A DNA stretch of 64,000 bases, taken from the NCBI RefSeq assembly GCF_009914755.1, contig NC_060939.1; one strand, written 5' to 3'. The notes below the pieces were generated by a model that was given only the letters and a program-made list of their open reading frames with translations, ran no database searches and had not been told where the DNA came from. This DNA is from the human T2T-CHM13v2.0 reference genome, Homo sapiens. Below are positions 14,201-29,500 of this stretch, piece by piece. The translations under genes were made by a program, and so were the position numbers. Positions within the stretch are counted from its first letter, which is position 1; each line of letters starts with the position of its first letter.

Positions 14201-17200
14201 TTCCATTCGATTCCATTCGAATCCATTCCATTCCAGTCCATTCCATTCGATTCCATTCCATTCATTTCAATTCCATTCCATTCCATTCCATTACATTCCA
14301 CTTGATTCCTCTCCATTCCCTTCCACTGCATTCCGTTCGATTCCATTCCATTGCATTGCATTCCATTCCATTGGATTGCATTCCATTCGATTCCATTCCA
14401 TTCGAATCAATTACATAGCAATCCATTACATTCGAGTCTATTCTCTTCCGTTCCATTCGATTTCGTTCCAATCCATTCGAATCCATTCCATTCGATTCCA
14501 TTCCATACTATTGCATTCCATTCGATTACATTATATTCGAATAAGTTCCATTCAAGACCATTTCTTTTGAGTCCATTCTATTTGAGTCCATTCCCTTTGA
14601 TTCCATAACATTTGAGTCCATTCAATTCCATTCCTTTCGTTTCCATTCCATTTGATGCCATTCCATTCAATTCTGTTCTACTCGACTCCAATACATTCAA
14701 TTCCATTCCATCCGATTCCATTACATTCTTTTCATTCCTTATCCATTTCAAGCCATTCCACTCCATTCCATTCCACTCGTTTCCTTTCCATTCGAGTCCA
14801 TTCCTCTCCAGTCCATTCCGTTCAATCCATTCCATTCCAGTCCATTCCATTCGAGTCCGTTCCATTCCAGTCCATTCCATTCGAGTCAATTCCATTCCAT
14901 TCGATGTCTTTCCATAACGATCCATTCCATTCTATTCCTTTCGATTCCATTCCATTCTATTTCATTCCATTCGATTCCCTTCCATTGGACTCCTTTCCAT
15001 TCGAGTGCATTCCATTCCGTTCCATTTCTTTCCGTTCTGTACGATTCCTACCGTTCGATTTCATTTTGTTCCAGTCCATTCTTTCGCGTCCATTCCATTC
15101 CATTTCACTCCATTCGATTCCATTCCACTCGATTCCACTTCGTTCCATTTCATTGCATTCCATTCTATTCAACTCTATTGCCTTCCATTCCATTCCATTC
15201 GATTACATTCCATGCGATTCCATTCGAAATCGAATCAATTACATTGCAATCCATTACTATTGAGTCCGTTTTATTCCAGTCCACTGCATTCTGGTCCATT
15301 CCATTTGATTCCATTCCATTCTATTCCTTTCCATACAGTTGCATTCCATTGGATTCCATGCTATATCTATAAATTCAATTCGAGACCACTGCTTTTGAGT
15401 CCATTCTATATGATTCCATTCCATTCAAGTCCATTACATTTGGTTAAATTCCATTCCATTCGGTTCAATTCCATTCCATTCCATTCCCTTCCATTCCATT
15501 CCAGTTGATATCAATCCATTCGATTCCATTCCATTCGAGCACATTCCATTCGAGTCCATTCCATTCGATGCCATTCCATTTGATTCTATTCCATTAGTCT
15601 CCATTCAATTCCATTAATCTCCATTCCATTCCATTCTACTCCAACTGATTCCATTCCATTCTATTCCTTTTTATTCCATTTCATTCCATTGCATTCCATT
15701 CCATTCCATTCCATTCGTGTCCATTCCACTCCAGTCCATTCCATTCGTGTCCATTCCATTCCAGTCCATTCCATTTGTGTCCACTGCATTCCATTCCACT
15801 CCATTCCATATTATTCCATTACACTCCATTCCATTCTATTACTTTCATTTCCATTCAATTCCATTCCATTTGATTCCATTCCACTCGGTTTCATTCCATT
15901 TGAGTCCACTCCATTCCATTCCATTCCATTCAGTTCCATTCCATTCTGTTCCATTCCATTCCGTTCCATTACATTCCATTCCATTCGGTACCATTCCATA
16001 TTGTTCCATTCGATTCCATTCGAATCCATTCCATTCCAGTCCATTCCATTCGATTCCATTCCATTCATTTCAATTCCATTCCATTCCATTCCATTACATT
16101 CCACTTGATTCCTCTCCATTCCCTTCCACTGCATTCCGTTCGATTCCATTCCATTGCATTGCATTCCATTCCATTGGATTGCATTCCATTCGATTCCATT
16201 CCATTCGAATCAATTACATAGCAATCCATTACATTCGAGTCTATTCTCTTCCGTTCCATTCGATTTCGTTCCAATCCATTCGATTCCATTCCATTCGATT
16301 CCATTCCATACTATTGCATTCCATTCGATTACATTATATTCGAATAAGTTCCATTCAAGACCATTTCTTTTGAGTCCATTCTATTTGAGTCCATTCCCTT
16401 TGATTCCATAACATTTGAGTCCATTCAATTCCATTCCTTTCGTTTCCATTCCATTTGATGCCATTCCATTCAATTCTGTTCTACTCGACTCCAATACATT
16501 CAATTCCATTCCATCCGATTCCATTACATTCTTTTCATTTCTTATCCATTTCAAGCCATTCCACTCCATTCCATTCCACTCGTTTCCTTTCCATTCGAGT
16601 CCATTCCTCTCCAGTCCATTCCGTTCAATCCATTCCATTCCAGTCCATTCCATTCGAGTCCGTTCCATTCCAGTCCATTCCATTCGTGTCAATTCCATTC
16701 CATTCGATGTCTTTCCATAACGATCCATTCCATTCTATTCCTTTCGATTCCATTCCATTCTATTTCATTCCATTCGATTCCCTTCCATTGGACTCCTTTC
16801 CATTCGAGTGCATTCCATTCCGTTCCATTTCTTTCCGTTCTGTACGATTCCTACCGTTCGATTTCATTTTCTTCCAGTCCATTCTTTCGCGTCCATTCCA
16901 TTCCATTTCACTCCATTCGATTCCATTCCACTCGATTCCACTTCGTTCCATTTCATTGCATTCCATTCTATTCAACTCTATTGCCTTCCATTCCATTCCA
17001 TTCGATTACATTCCATGCGATTCCATTCGAAATCGAATCAATTACATTGCAATCCATTACTATTGAGTCCGTTTTATTCCAGTCCACTGCATTCTGGTCC
17101 ATTCCATTTGATTCCATTCCATTCTATTCCATTCCATACAGTTGCATTCCATTGGATTCCATGCTATATCTATAAATTCAATTCGAGACCATTGCTTTTG

Positions 17201-17985
17201 AGTCCATTCTATATGATTCCATTCCATTCAAGTCCATTACATTTGGTTAAATTCCATTCCATTCGGTTCAATTCCATTCCATTCCATTCCCTTCCATTCC
17301 ATTCCAGTTGATATCAATCCATTCGATTCCATTCCATTCGAGCACATTCCATTCGAGTCCATTCCATTCGATGCCATTCCATTTGATTCTATTCCATTAG
17401 TCTCCATTCAATTCCATTAATCTCCATTCCATTCCATTCTACTCCAACTGATTCCATTCCATTCTATTCCTTTCCATTCCATTTCATTCCATTCCATTCC
17501 ATTGCATTCCATTCCATTCCATTCCATTCGTGTCCATTCCACTCCAGTCCATTCCATTCGTATCCATTCCATTCCAGTCCATTCCATTTGTGTCCACTGC
17601 ATTCCATTCCACTCCATTCCATATTATTCCATTACACTCCATTCCATTCTATTACTTTCATTTCCATTCAATTCCATTCCATTTGATTCCATTCCACTCG
17701 GTTTCATTCCATTTGAGTCCACTCCATTCCATTCCATTCCATTCAGTTCCATTCCATTCTGTTCCATTCCATTCCGTTCCATTACATTCCATTCCATTCG
17801 GTACCATTCCATATTGTTCCATTCGATTCCATTCGAATCCATTCCATTCCAGTCCATTCCATTCGATTCCATTCCATTCATTTCAATTCCATTCCATTCC
17901 ATTCCATTACATTCCACTTGATTCCTCTCCATTCCCTTCCACTGCATTCCGTTCGATTCCATTCCATTGCATTGCATTCCATTCC

Positions 17986-18015
17986 ATTGGATTGCATTCC
18001 ATTGGATTGCATTCC
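17986..18015 (+). repeat. Private 15-bp tandem duplication (ATTGGATTGCATTCC x2)
   Basis: Seen only in this unit, which is 1828 bp (1813+15). Confidence 0.9.
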
Positions 18016-21000
18016 ATTCGATTCCATTCCATTCGAATCAATTACGTAGCAATCCATTACATTCGAGTCTATTCTCTTCCGTTCCATTCGATTTCGTTCC
18101 AATCCATTCGATTCCATTCCATTCGATTCCATTCCATACTATTGCATTCCATTCGATTACATTATATTCGAATAAGTTCCATTCAAGACCATTTCTTTTC
18201 AGTCCATTCTATTTGAGTCCATTCCCTTTGATTCCATAACATTTGAGTCCATTCAATTCCATTCCTTTCGTTTCCATTCCATTTGATGCCATTCCATTCA
18301 ATTCTGTTCTACTCGACTCCAATACATTCAATTCCATTCCATCCGATTCCATTACATTCTTTTCATTTCTTATCCATTTCAAGCCATTCCACTCCATTCC
18401 ATTCCACTCGTTTCCTTTCCATTCGAGTCCATTCCTCTCCAGTCCATTCCGTTCAATCCATTCCATTCCAGTCCATTCCATTCGAGTCCGTTCCATTCCA
18501 GTCCATTCCATTCGAGTCAATTCCATTCCATTCGATGTCTTTCCATAACGATCCATTCCATTCTATTCCTTTCGATTCCATTCCATTCTATTTCATTCCA
18601 TTCGATTCCCTTCCATTGGACTCCTTTCCATTCGAGTGCATTCCATTCCGTTCCATTTCTTTCCGTTCTGTACGATTCCTACCGTTCGATTTCATTTTGT
18701 TCCAGTCCATTCCTTTCGCGTCCATTCCATTCCATTTCACTCCATTCGATTCCATTCCACTCGATTCCACTTCGTTCCATTTCATTGCATTCCATTCTAT
18801 TCAACTCTATTGCCTTCCATTCCATTCCATTCGATTACATTCCATGCGATTCCATTCGAAATCGAATCAATTACATTGCAATCCATTACTATTGAGTCCG
18901 TTTTATTCCAGTCCACTGCATTCTGGTCCATTCCATTTGATTCCATTCCATTCTATTCCATTCCATACAGTTGCATTCCATTGGATTCCATGCTATATCT
19001 ATAAATTCAATTCGAGACCATTGCTTTTGAGTCCATTCTATATGATTCCATTCCATTCAAGTCCATTACATTTGGTTAAATTCCATTCCATTCGGTTCAA
19101 TTCCATTCCATTCCATTCCCTTCCATTCCATTCCAGTTGATATCAATCCATTCGATTCCATTCCATTCGAGCACATTCCATTCGAGTCCATTCCATTCGA
19201 TGCCATTCCATTTGATTCTATTCCATTAGTCTCCATTCAATTCCATTAATCTCCATTCCATTCCATTCTACTCCAACTGATTCCATTCCATTCTATTCCT
19301 TTCCATTCCATTTCATTCCATTCCATTCCATTGCATTCCATTCCATTCCATTCCATTCGTGTCCATTCCACTCCAGTCCATTCCATTCGTATCCATTCCA
19401 TTCCAGTCCATTCCATTTGTGTCCACTGCATTCCATTCCACTCCATTCCATATTATTCCATTACACTCCATTCCATTCTATTACTTTCATTTCCATTCAA
19501 TTCCATTCCATTTGATTCCATTCCACTCGGTTTCATTCCATTTGAGTCCACTCCATTCCATTCCATTCCATTCAGTTCCATTCCATTCTGTTCCATTCCA
19601 TTCCGTTCCATTACATTCCATTCCATTCGGTACCATTCCATATTGTTCCATTCGATTCCATTCGAATCCGTTCCATTCCAGTCCATTCCATTCGATTCCA
19701 TTCCATTCATTTCAATTCCATTCCATTCCATTCCATTACATTCCACTTGATTCCTCTCCATTCCCTTCCACTGCATTCCGTTCGATTCCATTCCATTGCA
19801 TTGCATTCCATTCCATTGGATTGCATTCCATTCGATTCCATTCCATTCGAATCAATTACATAGCAATCCATTACATTCGAGTCTATTCTCTTCCGTTCCA
19901 TTCGATTTCGTTCCAATCCATTCGATTCCATTCCATTCGATTCCATTCCATACTATTGCATTCCATTCGATTACATTATATTCGAATAAGTTCCATTCAA
20001 GACCATTTCTTTTGAGTCCATTCTATTTGAGTCCATTCCCTTTGATTCCATAACATTTGAGTCCATTCAATTCCATTCCTTTCGTTTCCATTCCATTTGA
20101 TGCCATTCCATTCAATTCTGTTCTACTCGACTCCAATACATTCAATTCCATTCCATCCGATTCCATTACATTCTTTTCATTTCTTATCCATTTCAAGCCA
20201 TTCCACTCCATTCCATTCCACTCGTTTCCTTTCCATTCGAGTCCATTCCTCTCCAGTCCATTCCGTTCAATCCATTCCATTCCAGTCCATTCCATTCGAG
20301 TCCGTTCCATTCCAGTCCATTCCATTCGAGTCAATTCCATTCCATTCGATGTCTTTCCATAACGATCCATTCCATTCTATTCCTTTCGATTCCATTCCAT
20401 TCTATTTCATTCCATTCGATTCCCTTCCATTGGACTCCTTTCCATTCGAGTGCATTCCATTCCGTTCCATTTCTTTCCGTTCTGTACGATTCCTACCGTT
20501 CGATTTCATTTTGTTCCAGTCCATTCTTTCGCGTCCATTCATTCCATTTCACTCCATTCGATTCCATTCCACTCGATTCCACTTCGTTCCATTTCATTGC
20601 ATTCCATTCTATTCAACTCTATTGCCTTCCATTCCATTCCATTCGATTACATTCCATGCGATTCCATTCGAAATCGAATCAATTACATTGCAATCCATTA
20701 CTATTGAGTCCGTTTTATTCCAGTCCACTGCATTCTGGTCCATTCCATTTGATTCCATTCCATTCTATTCCATTCCATACAGTTGCATTCCATTGGATTC
20801 CATGCTATATCTATAAATTCAATTCGAGACCATTGCTTTTGAGTCCATTCTATATGATTCCATTCCATTCAAGTCCATTACATTTGGTTCAATTCCATTC
20901 CATTCCATTCCCTTCCATTCCATTCCAGTTGATATCAATCCATTCGATTCCATTCCATTCGAGCACATTCCATTCGAGTCCATTCCATTCGATGCCATTC

Positions 21001-24000
21001 CATTTGATTCTATTCCATTAGTCTCCATTCAATTCCATTAATCTCTATTCCATTCCATTCTACTCCAACTGATTCCATTCCATTCTATTCCTTTCCATTC
21101 CATTTCATTCCATTCCATTCCATTTCATTCCATTCCATTCCATTCGTGTCCATTCCACTCCAGTCCATTCCATTCGTGTCCATTCCATTCCAGTCCATTC
21201 CATTTGTGTCCACTGCATTCCATTCCACTCCATTCCATATTATTCCATTACACTCCATTCCATTCTATTACTTTCATTTCCATTCAATTCCATTCCATTT
21301 GATTCCATTCCACTCGGTTTCATTCCATTTGAGTCCACTCCATTCCATTCCATTCCATTCAGTTCCATTCCATTCTGTTCCATTCCATTCCGTTCCATTA
21401 CATTCCATTCCATTCGGTACCATTCCATATTGTTCCATTCGATTCCATTCGAATCCATTCCATTCCAGTCCATTCCATTCGATTCCATTCCATTCATTTC
21501 AATTCCATTCCATTCCATTCCATTACATTCCACTTGATTCCTCTCCATTCCCTTCCACTGCATTCCGTTCGATTCCATTCCATTGCATTGCATTCCATTC
21601 CATTGGATTGCATTCCATTCGATTCCATTCCATTCGAATCAATTACATAGCAATCCATTACATTCGAGTCTATTCTCTTCCGTTCCATTCGATTTCGTTC
21701 CAATCCATTCGATTCCATTCCATTCGATTCCATTCCATACTATTGCATTCCATTCGATTACATTATATTCGAATAAGTTCCATTCAAGACCATTTCTTTT
21801 GAGTCCATTCTATTTGAGTCCATTCCCTTTGATTCCATAACATTTGAGTCCATTCAATTCCATTCCTTTCGTTTCCATTCCATTTGATGCCATTCCATTC
21901 AATTCTGTTCTACTCGACTCCAATACATTCAATTCCATTCCATCCGATTCCATTACATTCTTTTCATTTCTTATCCATTTCAAGCCATTCCACTCCATTC
22001 CATTCCACTCGTTTCCTTTCAATTCGAGTCCATTCCTCTCCAGTCCATTCCGTTCAATCCATTCCATTCCAGTCCATTCCATTCGAGTCCGTTCCATTCC
22101 AGTCCATTCCATTCGAGTCAATTCCATTCCATTCGATGTCTTTCCATAACGATCCATTCCATTCTATTCCTTTCGATTCCATTCCATTCTATTTCATTCC
22201 ATTCGATTCCCTTCCATTGGACTCCTTTCCATTCGAGTGCATTCCATTCCGTTCCATTTCTTTCCGTTCTGTACGATTCCTACCGTTCGATTTCATTTTC
22301 TTCCAGTCCATTCTTTCGCGTCCATTCCATTCCATTTCACTCCATTCGATTCCATTCCACTCGATTCCACTTCGTTCCATTTCATTGCATTCCATTCTAT
22401 TCAACTCTATTGCCTTCCATTCCATTCCATTCGATTACATTCCATGCGATTCCATTCGAAATCGAATCAATTACATTGCAATCCATTACTATTGAGTCAG
22501 TTTTATTCCAGTCCACTGCATTCTGGTCCATTCCATTTGATTCCATTCCATTCTATTCCATTCCATACAGTTGCATTCCATTGGATTCCATGCTATATCT
22601 ATAAATTCAATTCGAGACCATTGCTTTTGAGTCCATTCTATATGATTCCATTCCATTCAAGTCCATTACATTTGGTTAAATTCCATTCCATTCGGTTCAA
22701 TTCCATTCCACTCCATTCCCTTCCATTCCATTCCAGTTGATATCAATCCATTCGATTCCATTCCATTCGAGCACATTCCATTCGAGTCCATTCCATTCGA
22801 TGCCATTCCATTTGATTCTATTCCATTAGTCTCCATTCAATTCCATTAATCTCCATTCCATTCCATTCTACTCCAACTGATTGCATTCCATTCTATTCCT
22901 TTTTATTCAATTTCATTCCATTCCATTCCATTCCATTCCATTCGTGTCCATTCCACTCCAGTCCATTCCATTCGTATCCATTCCATTCCAGTCCATTCCA
23001 TTTGTGTCCACTGCATTCCATTCCACTCCATTCCATATTATTCCATTACACTCCATTCCATTCTATTACTTTCATTTCCATTCAATTCCATTCCATTTGA
23101 TTCCATTCCACTCGGTTTCATTCCATTTGAGTCCACTCCATTCCATTCCATTCAGTTCCATTCCATTCTGTTCCATTCCATTCCGTTCCATTACATTCCA
23201 TTCCATTCGGTACCATTCCATATTGTTCCATTCGATTCCATTCGAATCCATTCCATTCCAGTCCATTCCATTCGATTCCATTCCATTCATTTCAATTCCA
23301 TTCCATTCCATTCCATTACATTCCACTTGATTCCTCTCCATTCCCTTCCACTGCATTCCGTTCGATTCCATTCCATTGCATTGCATTCCATTCCATTGGA
23401 TTGCATTCCATTCGATTCCATTCCATTCGAATCAATTACATAGCAATCCATTACATTCGAGTCTATTCTCTTCCGTTCCATTCGATTTCGTTCCAATCCA
23501 TTCGATTCCATTCCATTCGATTCCATTCCATACTATTGCATTCCATTCGATTACATTATATTCGAATAAGTTCCATTCAAGACCATTTCTTTTGAGTCCA
23601 TTCTATTTGAGTCCATTCCCTTTGATTCCATAACATTTGAGCCCATTCAATTCCATTCCTTTCGTTTCCATTCCATTTGATGCCATTCCATTCAATTCTG
23701 TTCTACTCGACTCCAATACATTCAATTCCATTCCATCCGATTCCATTACATTCTTTTCATTTCTTATCCATTTCAAGCCATTCCACTCCATTCCATTCCA
23801 CTCGTTTCCTTTCCATTCGAGTCCATTCCTCTCCAGTCCATTCCGTTCAATCCATTCCATTCCAGTCCATTCCACTCGAGTCCGTTCCATTCCAGTCCAT
23901 TCCATTCGAGTCAATTCCATTCCATTCGATGTCTTTCCATAACGATCCATTCCATTCTGTTCCTTTCGATTCCATTCCATTCTATTTCATTCCATTCGAT

Positions 24001-26510
24001 TCCCTTCCATTGGACTCCTTTCCATTCGAGTGCATTCCATTCCGTTCCATTTCGTTCCGTTCTGTACGATTCCTACGGTTCGATTTCATTTTGTTCCAGT
24101 CCATTCCTTTCGCGTCCATTCCATTCCATTTCACTCCATTCGATTCCATTCCACTCGATTCCACTTCGTTCCATTTCATTGCATTCCATTCTATTCAACT
24201 CTATTGCCTTCCATTCCATTCCATTCGATTACATTCCATGCGATTCCATTCGAAATCGAATCAATTACATTGCAAACCATTACTATTGAGTCCGTTTTAT
24301 TCCAGTCCACTGCATTCTGGTCCATTCCATTTGATTCCATTCCATTCTATTCCATTCCATACAGTTGCATTCCATTGGATTCCATGCTATATCTATAAAT
24401 TCAATTCGAGACCATTGCTTTTGAGTCCATTCTATATGATTCCATTCCATTCAAGTCCATTACATTTGGTTAAATTCCATTCCATTCGGTTCAATTCCAT
24501 TCCATTCCATTCCCTTCCATTCCATTCCAGTTGATATCAATCCATTCGATTCCATTCCATTCGAGCACATTCCATTCGAGTCCATTCCATTCGATGCCAT
24601 TCCATTTGATTCTATTCCATTAGTCTCCATTCAATTCCATTAATCTCCATTCCATTCCATTCTACTCCAACTGATTCCATTCCATTCTATTCCTTTTTAT
24701 TCCATTTCATTCCATTCCATTCCATTCCATTCCATTCCATTCGTGTCCATTCCACTCCAGTCCATTCCATTCGTATCCATTCCATTCCAGTCCATTCCAT
24801 TTGTGTCCACTGCATTCCATTCCACTCCATTCCATATTATTCCATTACACTCCATTCCATTCTATTACTTTCATTTCCATTCAATTCCATTCCATTTGAT
24901 TCCATTCCACTCGGTTTCATTCCATTTGAGTCCACTCCATTCCATTCCATTCCATTCAGTTCCATTCCATTCTGTTCCATTCCATTCCGTTCCATTACAT
25001 TGCATTCCATTCGGTACCATTCCATATTGTTCCATTCGATTCCATTCGAATCCATTCCATTCCAGTCCATTCCATTCGATTCCATTCCATTCCTTTCAAT
25101 TCCATTCCATTCCATTCCATTACATTCCACTTGATTCCTCTCCATTCCCTTCCACTGCATTCCGTTCGATTCCATTCCATTGCATTGCATTCCATTCCAT
25201 TGGATTGCATTCCATTCGATTCCATTCCATTCGAATCAATTACATAGCAATCCATTACATTCGAGTCTATTCTCTTCCGTTCCATTCGATTTCGTTCCAA
25301 TCCATTCGATTCCATTCCATTCGATTCCATTCCATACTATTGCATTCCATTCGATTACATTATATTCGAATAAGTTCCATTCAAGACCATTTCTTTTGAG
25401 TCCATTCTATTTGAGTCCATTCCCTTTGATTCCATAACATTTGAGTCCATTCAATTCCATTCCTTTCGTTTCCATTCCATTTGATGCCATTCCATTCAAT
25501 TCTGTTCTACTCGACTCCAATACATTCAATTCCATTCCATCCGATTCCATTACATTCTTTCCATTTCTTATCCATTTCAAGCCATTCCACTCCATTCCAT
25601 TCCACTCGTTTCCTTTCCATTCGAGTCCATTCCTCTCCAGTCCATTCCGTTCAATCCATTCCATTCCAGTCCATTCCATTCGAGTCCGTTCCATTCCAGT
25701 CCATTCCATTCGAGTCAATTCCATTCCATTCGATGTCTTTCCATAACGATCCATTCCATTCTATTCCTTTCGATTCCATTCCATTCTATTTCATTCCATT
25801 CGATTCCCTTCCATTGGACTCCTTTCCATTCGAGTGCATTCCATTCCGTTCCATTTCTTTCCGTTCTGTACGATTCCTACCGTTCGATTTCATTTTCTTC
25901 CAGTCCATTCTTTCGCGTCCATTCCATTCCATTTCACTCCATTCGATTCCATTCCACTCGATTCCACTTCGTTCCATTTCATTGCATTCCATTCTATTCA
26001 ACTCTATTGCCTTCCATTCCATTCCATTCGATTACATTCCATGCGATTCCATTCGAAATCGAATCAATTACATTGCAATCCATTACTATTGAGTCCGTTT
26101 TATTCCAGTCCACTGCATTCTGGTCCATTCCATTTGATTCCATTCCATTCTATTCCATTCCATACAGTTGCATTCCATTGGATTCCATGCTATATCTATA
26201 AATTCAATTCGAGACCATTGCTTTTGAGTCCATTCTATATGATTCCATTCCATTCAAGTCCATTACATTTGGTTAAATTCCATTCCATTCGGTTCAATTC
26301 CATTCCATTCCATTCCCTTCCATTCCATTCCAGTTGATATCAATCCAATCGATTCCATTCCATTCGAGCACATTCCATTCGAGTCCATTCCATTCGATGC
26401 CATTCCATTTGATTCTATTCCATTAGTCTCCATTCAATTCCATTAATCTCCATTCCATTCCATTCTACTCCAACTGATTCCATTCCATTCTATTCCTTTC
26501 CATTCCATTT

Positions 26511-26560
26511 CATTCCATTCCATTCCATTCCATTCCATTCCATTCCATTCCATTCCATTC
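26511..26560 (+). repeat. Perfect (CATTC)10 run at the length-variable site of the unit
   Basis: Ten uninterrupted pentamers directly before GTGTCC, the longest pure run I noticed. The unit is 1818 bp. Confidence 0.8.
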
Positions 26561-29500
26561 GTGTCCATTCCACTCCAGTCCATTCCATTCGTATCCATTC
26601 CATTCCAGTCCATTCCATTTGTGTCCACTGCATTCCATTCCACTCCATTCCATATTATTCCATTACACTCCATTCCATTCTATTACTTTCATTTCCATTC
26701 AATTCCATTCCATTTGATTCCATTCCACTCGGTTTCATTCCATTTGAGTCCACTCCATTCCATTCCATTCCATTCAGTTCCATTCCATTCTGTTCCATTC
26801 CATTCCGTTCCATTACATTCCATTCCATTCGGTACCATTCCATATTGTTCCATTCGATTCCATTCGAATCCATTCCATTCCAGTCCATTCCATTCGATTC
26901 CATTCCATTCATTTCAATTCCATTCCATTCCATTCCATTACATTCCACTTGATTCCTCTCCATTCCCTTCCACTGCATTCCGTTCGATTCCATTCCATTG
27001 CATTGCATTCCATTCCATTGGATTGCATTCCATTCGATTCCATTCCATTCGAATCAATTACATAGCAATCCATTACATTCGAGTCTATTCTCTTCCGTTC
27101 CATTCGATTTCGTTCCAATCCATTCGATTCCATTCCATTCGATTCCATTCCATACTATTGCATTCCATTCGATTACATTATATTCGAATAAGTTCCATTC
27201 AAGACCATTTCTTTTGAGTCCATTCTATTTGAGTCCATTCCCTTTGATTCCATAACATTTGAGTCCATTCAATTCCATTCCTTTCGTTTCCATTCCATTT
27301 GATGCCATTCCATTCAATTCTGTTCTACTCGACTCCAATACATTCAATTCCATTCCATCCGATTCCATTACATTCTTTTCATTTCTTATCCATTTCAAGC
27401 CATTCCACTCCATTCCATTCCACTCGTTTCCTTTCCATTCGAGTCCATTCCTCTCCAGTCCATTCCGTTCAATCCATTCCATTCCCGTCCATTCCATTCG
27501 AGTCCGTTCCATTCCAGTCCATTCCATTCGAGTCAATTCCATTCCATTCGATGTCTTTCCATAACGATCCATTCCATTCTATTCCTTTCGATTCCATTCC
27601 ATTCTATTTCATTCCATTCGATTCCCTTCCATTGGACTCCTTTCCATTCGAGTGCATTCCATTCCGTTCCATTTCTTTCCGTTCTGTACGATTCCTACCG
27701 TTCGATTTCATTTTGTTCCAGTCCATTCTTTCGCGTCCATTCCATTCCATTTCACTCCATTCGATTCCATTCCACTCGATTCCACTTCGTTCCATTTCAT
27801 TGCATTCCATTCTATTCAACTCTATTGCCTTCCATTCCATTCCATTCGATTACATTCCATGCGATTCCATTCGAAATCGAATCAATTACATTGCAATCCA
27901 TTACTATTGAGTCCGTTTTATTCCAGTCCACTGCATTCTGGTCCATTCCATTTGATTCCATTCCATTTTATTCCATTCCATACAGTTGCATTCCATTGGA
28001 TTCCATGCTATATCTATAAATTCAATTCGAGACCATTGCTTTTGAGTCCATTCTATATGATTCCATTCCATTCAAGTCCATTACATTTGGTTAAATTCCA
28101 TTCCATTCGGTTCAATTCCATTCCATTCCATTCCCTTCCATTCCATTCCAGTTGATATCAATCCATTCGATTCCATTCCATTCGAGCACATTCCATTCGA
28201 GTCCATTCCATTCGATGCCATTCCATTTGATTCTATTCCATTAGTCTCCATTCAATTCCATTAATCTCCATTCCATTCCATTCTACTCCAACTGATTCCA
28301 TTCCATTCTATTCCTTTTTATTCCATTTCATTTCATTCCATTCCATTCCATTCCATTCCATTCGTGTCCATTCCACTCCAGTCCATTCCATTCGTATCCA
28401 TTCCATTCCAGTCCATTCCATTTGTGTCCACTGCATTCCATTCCACTCCATTCCATATTATTCCATTACACTCCATTCCATTCTATTACTTTCATTTCCA
28501 TTCAATTCCATTCCATTTGATTCCATTCCCCTCGGTTTCATTCCATTTGAGTCCACTCCATTCCATTCCATTCCATTCAGTTCCATTCCATTCTGTTCCA
28601 TTCCATTCCGTTCCATTACATTGCATTCCATTCGGTACCATTCCATATTGTTCCATTCGATTCCATTCGAATCCATTCCATTCCAGTCCATTCCATTCGA
28701 TTCCATTCCATTCATTTCAATTCCATTCCATTCCATTACATTACATTCCACTTGATTCCTCTCCATTCCCTTCCACTGCATTCCGTTCGATTCCATTCCA
28801 TTGCATTGCATTCCATTCCATTGGATTGCATTCCATTCGATTCCATTCCATTCGAATCAATTACATAGCAATCCATTACATTCGAGTCTATTCTCTTCCG
28901 TTCCATTCGATTTCGTTCCAATCCATTCGATTCCATTCCATTCGATTCCATTCCATACTATTGCATTCCATTCGATTACATTATATTCGAATAAGTTCCA
29001 TTCAAGACCATTTCTTTTGAGTCCATTCTATTTGAGTCCATTCCCTTTGATTCCATAACATTTGAGTCCATTCAATTCCATTCCTTTCGTTTCCATTCCA
29101 TTTGATGCCATTCCATTCAATTCTGTTCTACTCGACTCCAATACATTCAATTCCATTCCATCCGATTCCATTACATTCTTTTCATTTCTTATCCATTTCA
29201 AGCCATTCCACTCCATTCCATTCCACTCGTTTCCTTTCCATTCGAGTCCATTCCTCTCCAGTCCATTCCGTTCAATCCATTCCATTCCAGTCCATTCCAT
29301 TCGAGTCCGTTCCATTCCAGTCCATTCCATTCGAGTCAATTCCATTCCATTCGATGTCTTTCCATAACGATCCATTCCATTCTATTCCTTTCGATTCCAT
29401 TCCATTCTATTTCATTCCATTCGATTCCCTTCCATTGGACTCCTTTCCATTCGAGTGCATTCCATTCCGTTCCATTTCTTTCCGTTCTGTACGATTCCTA

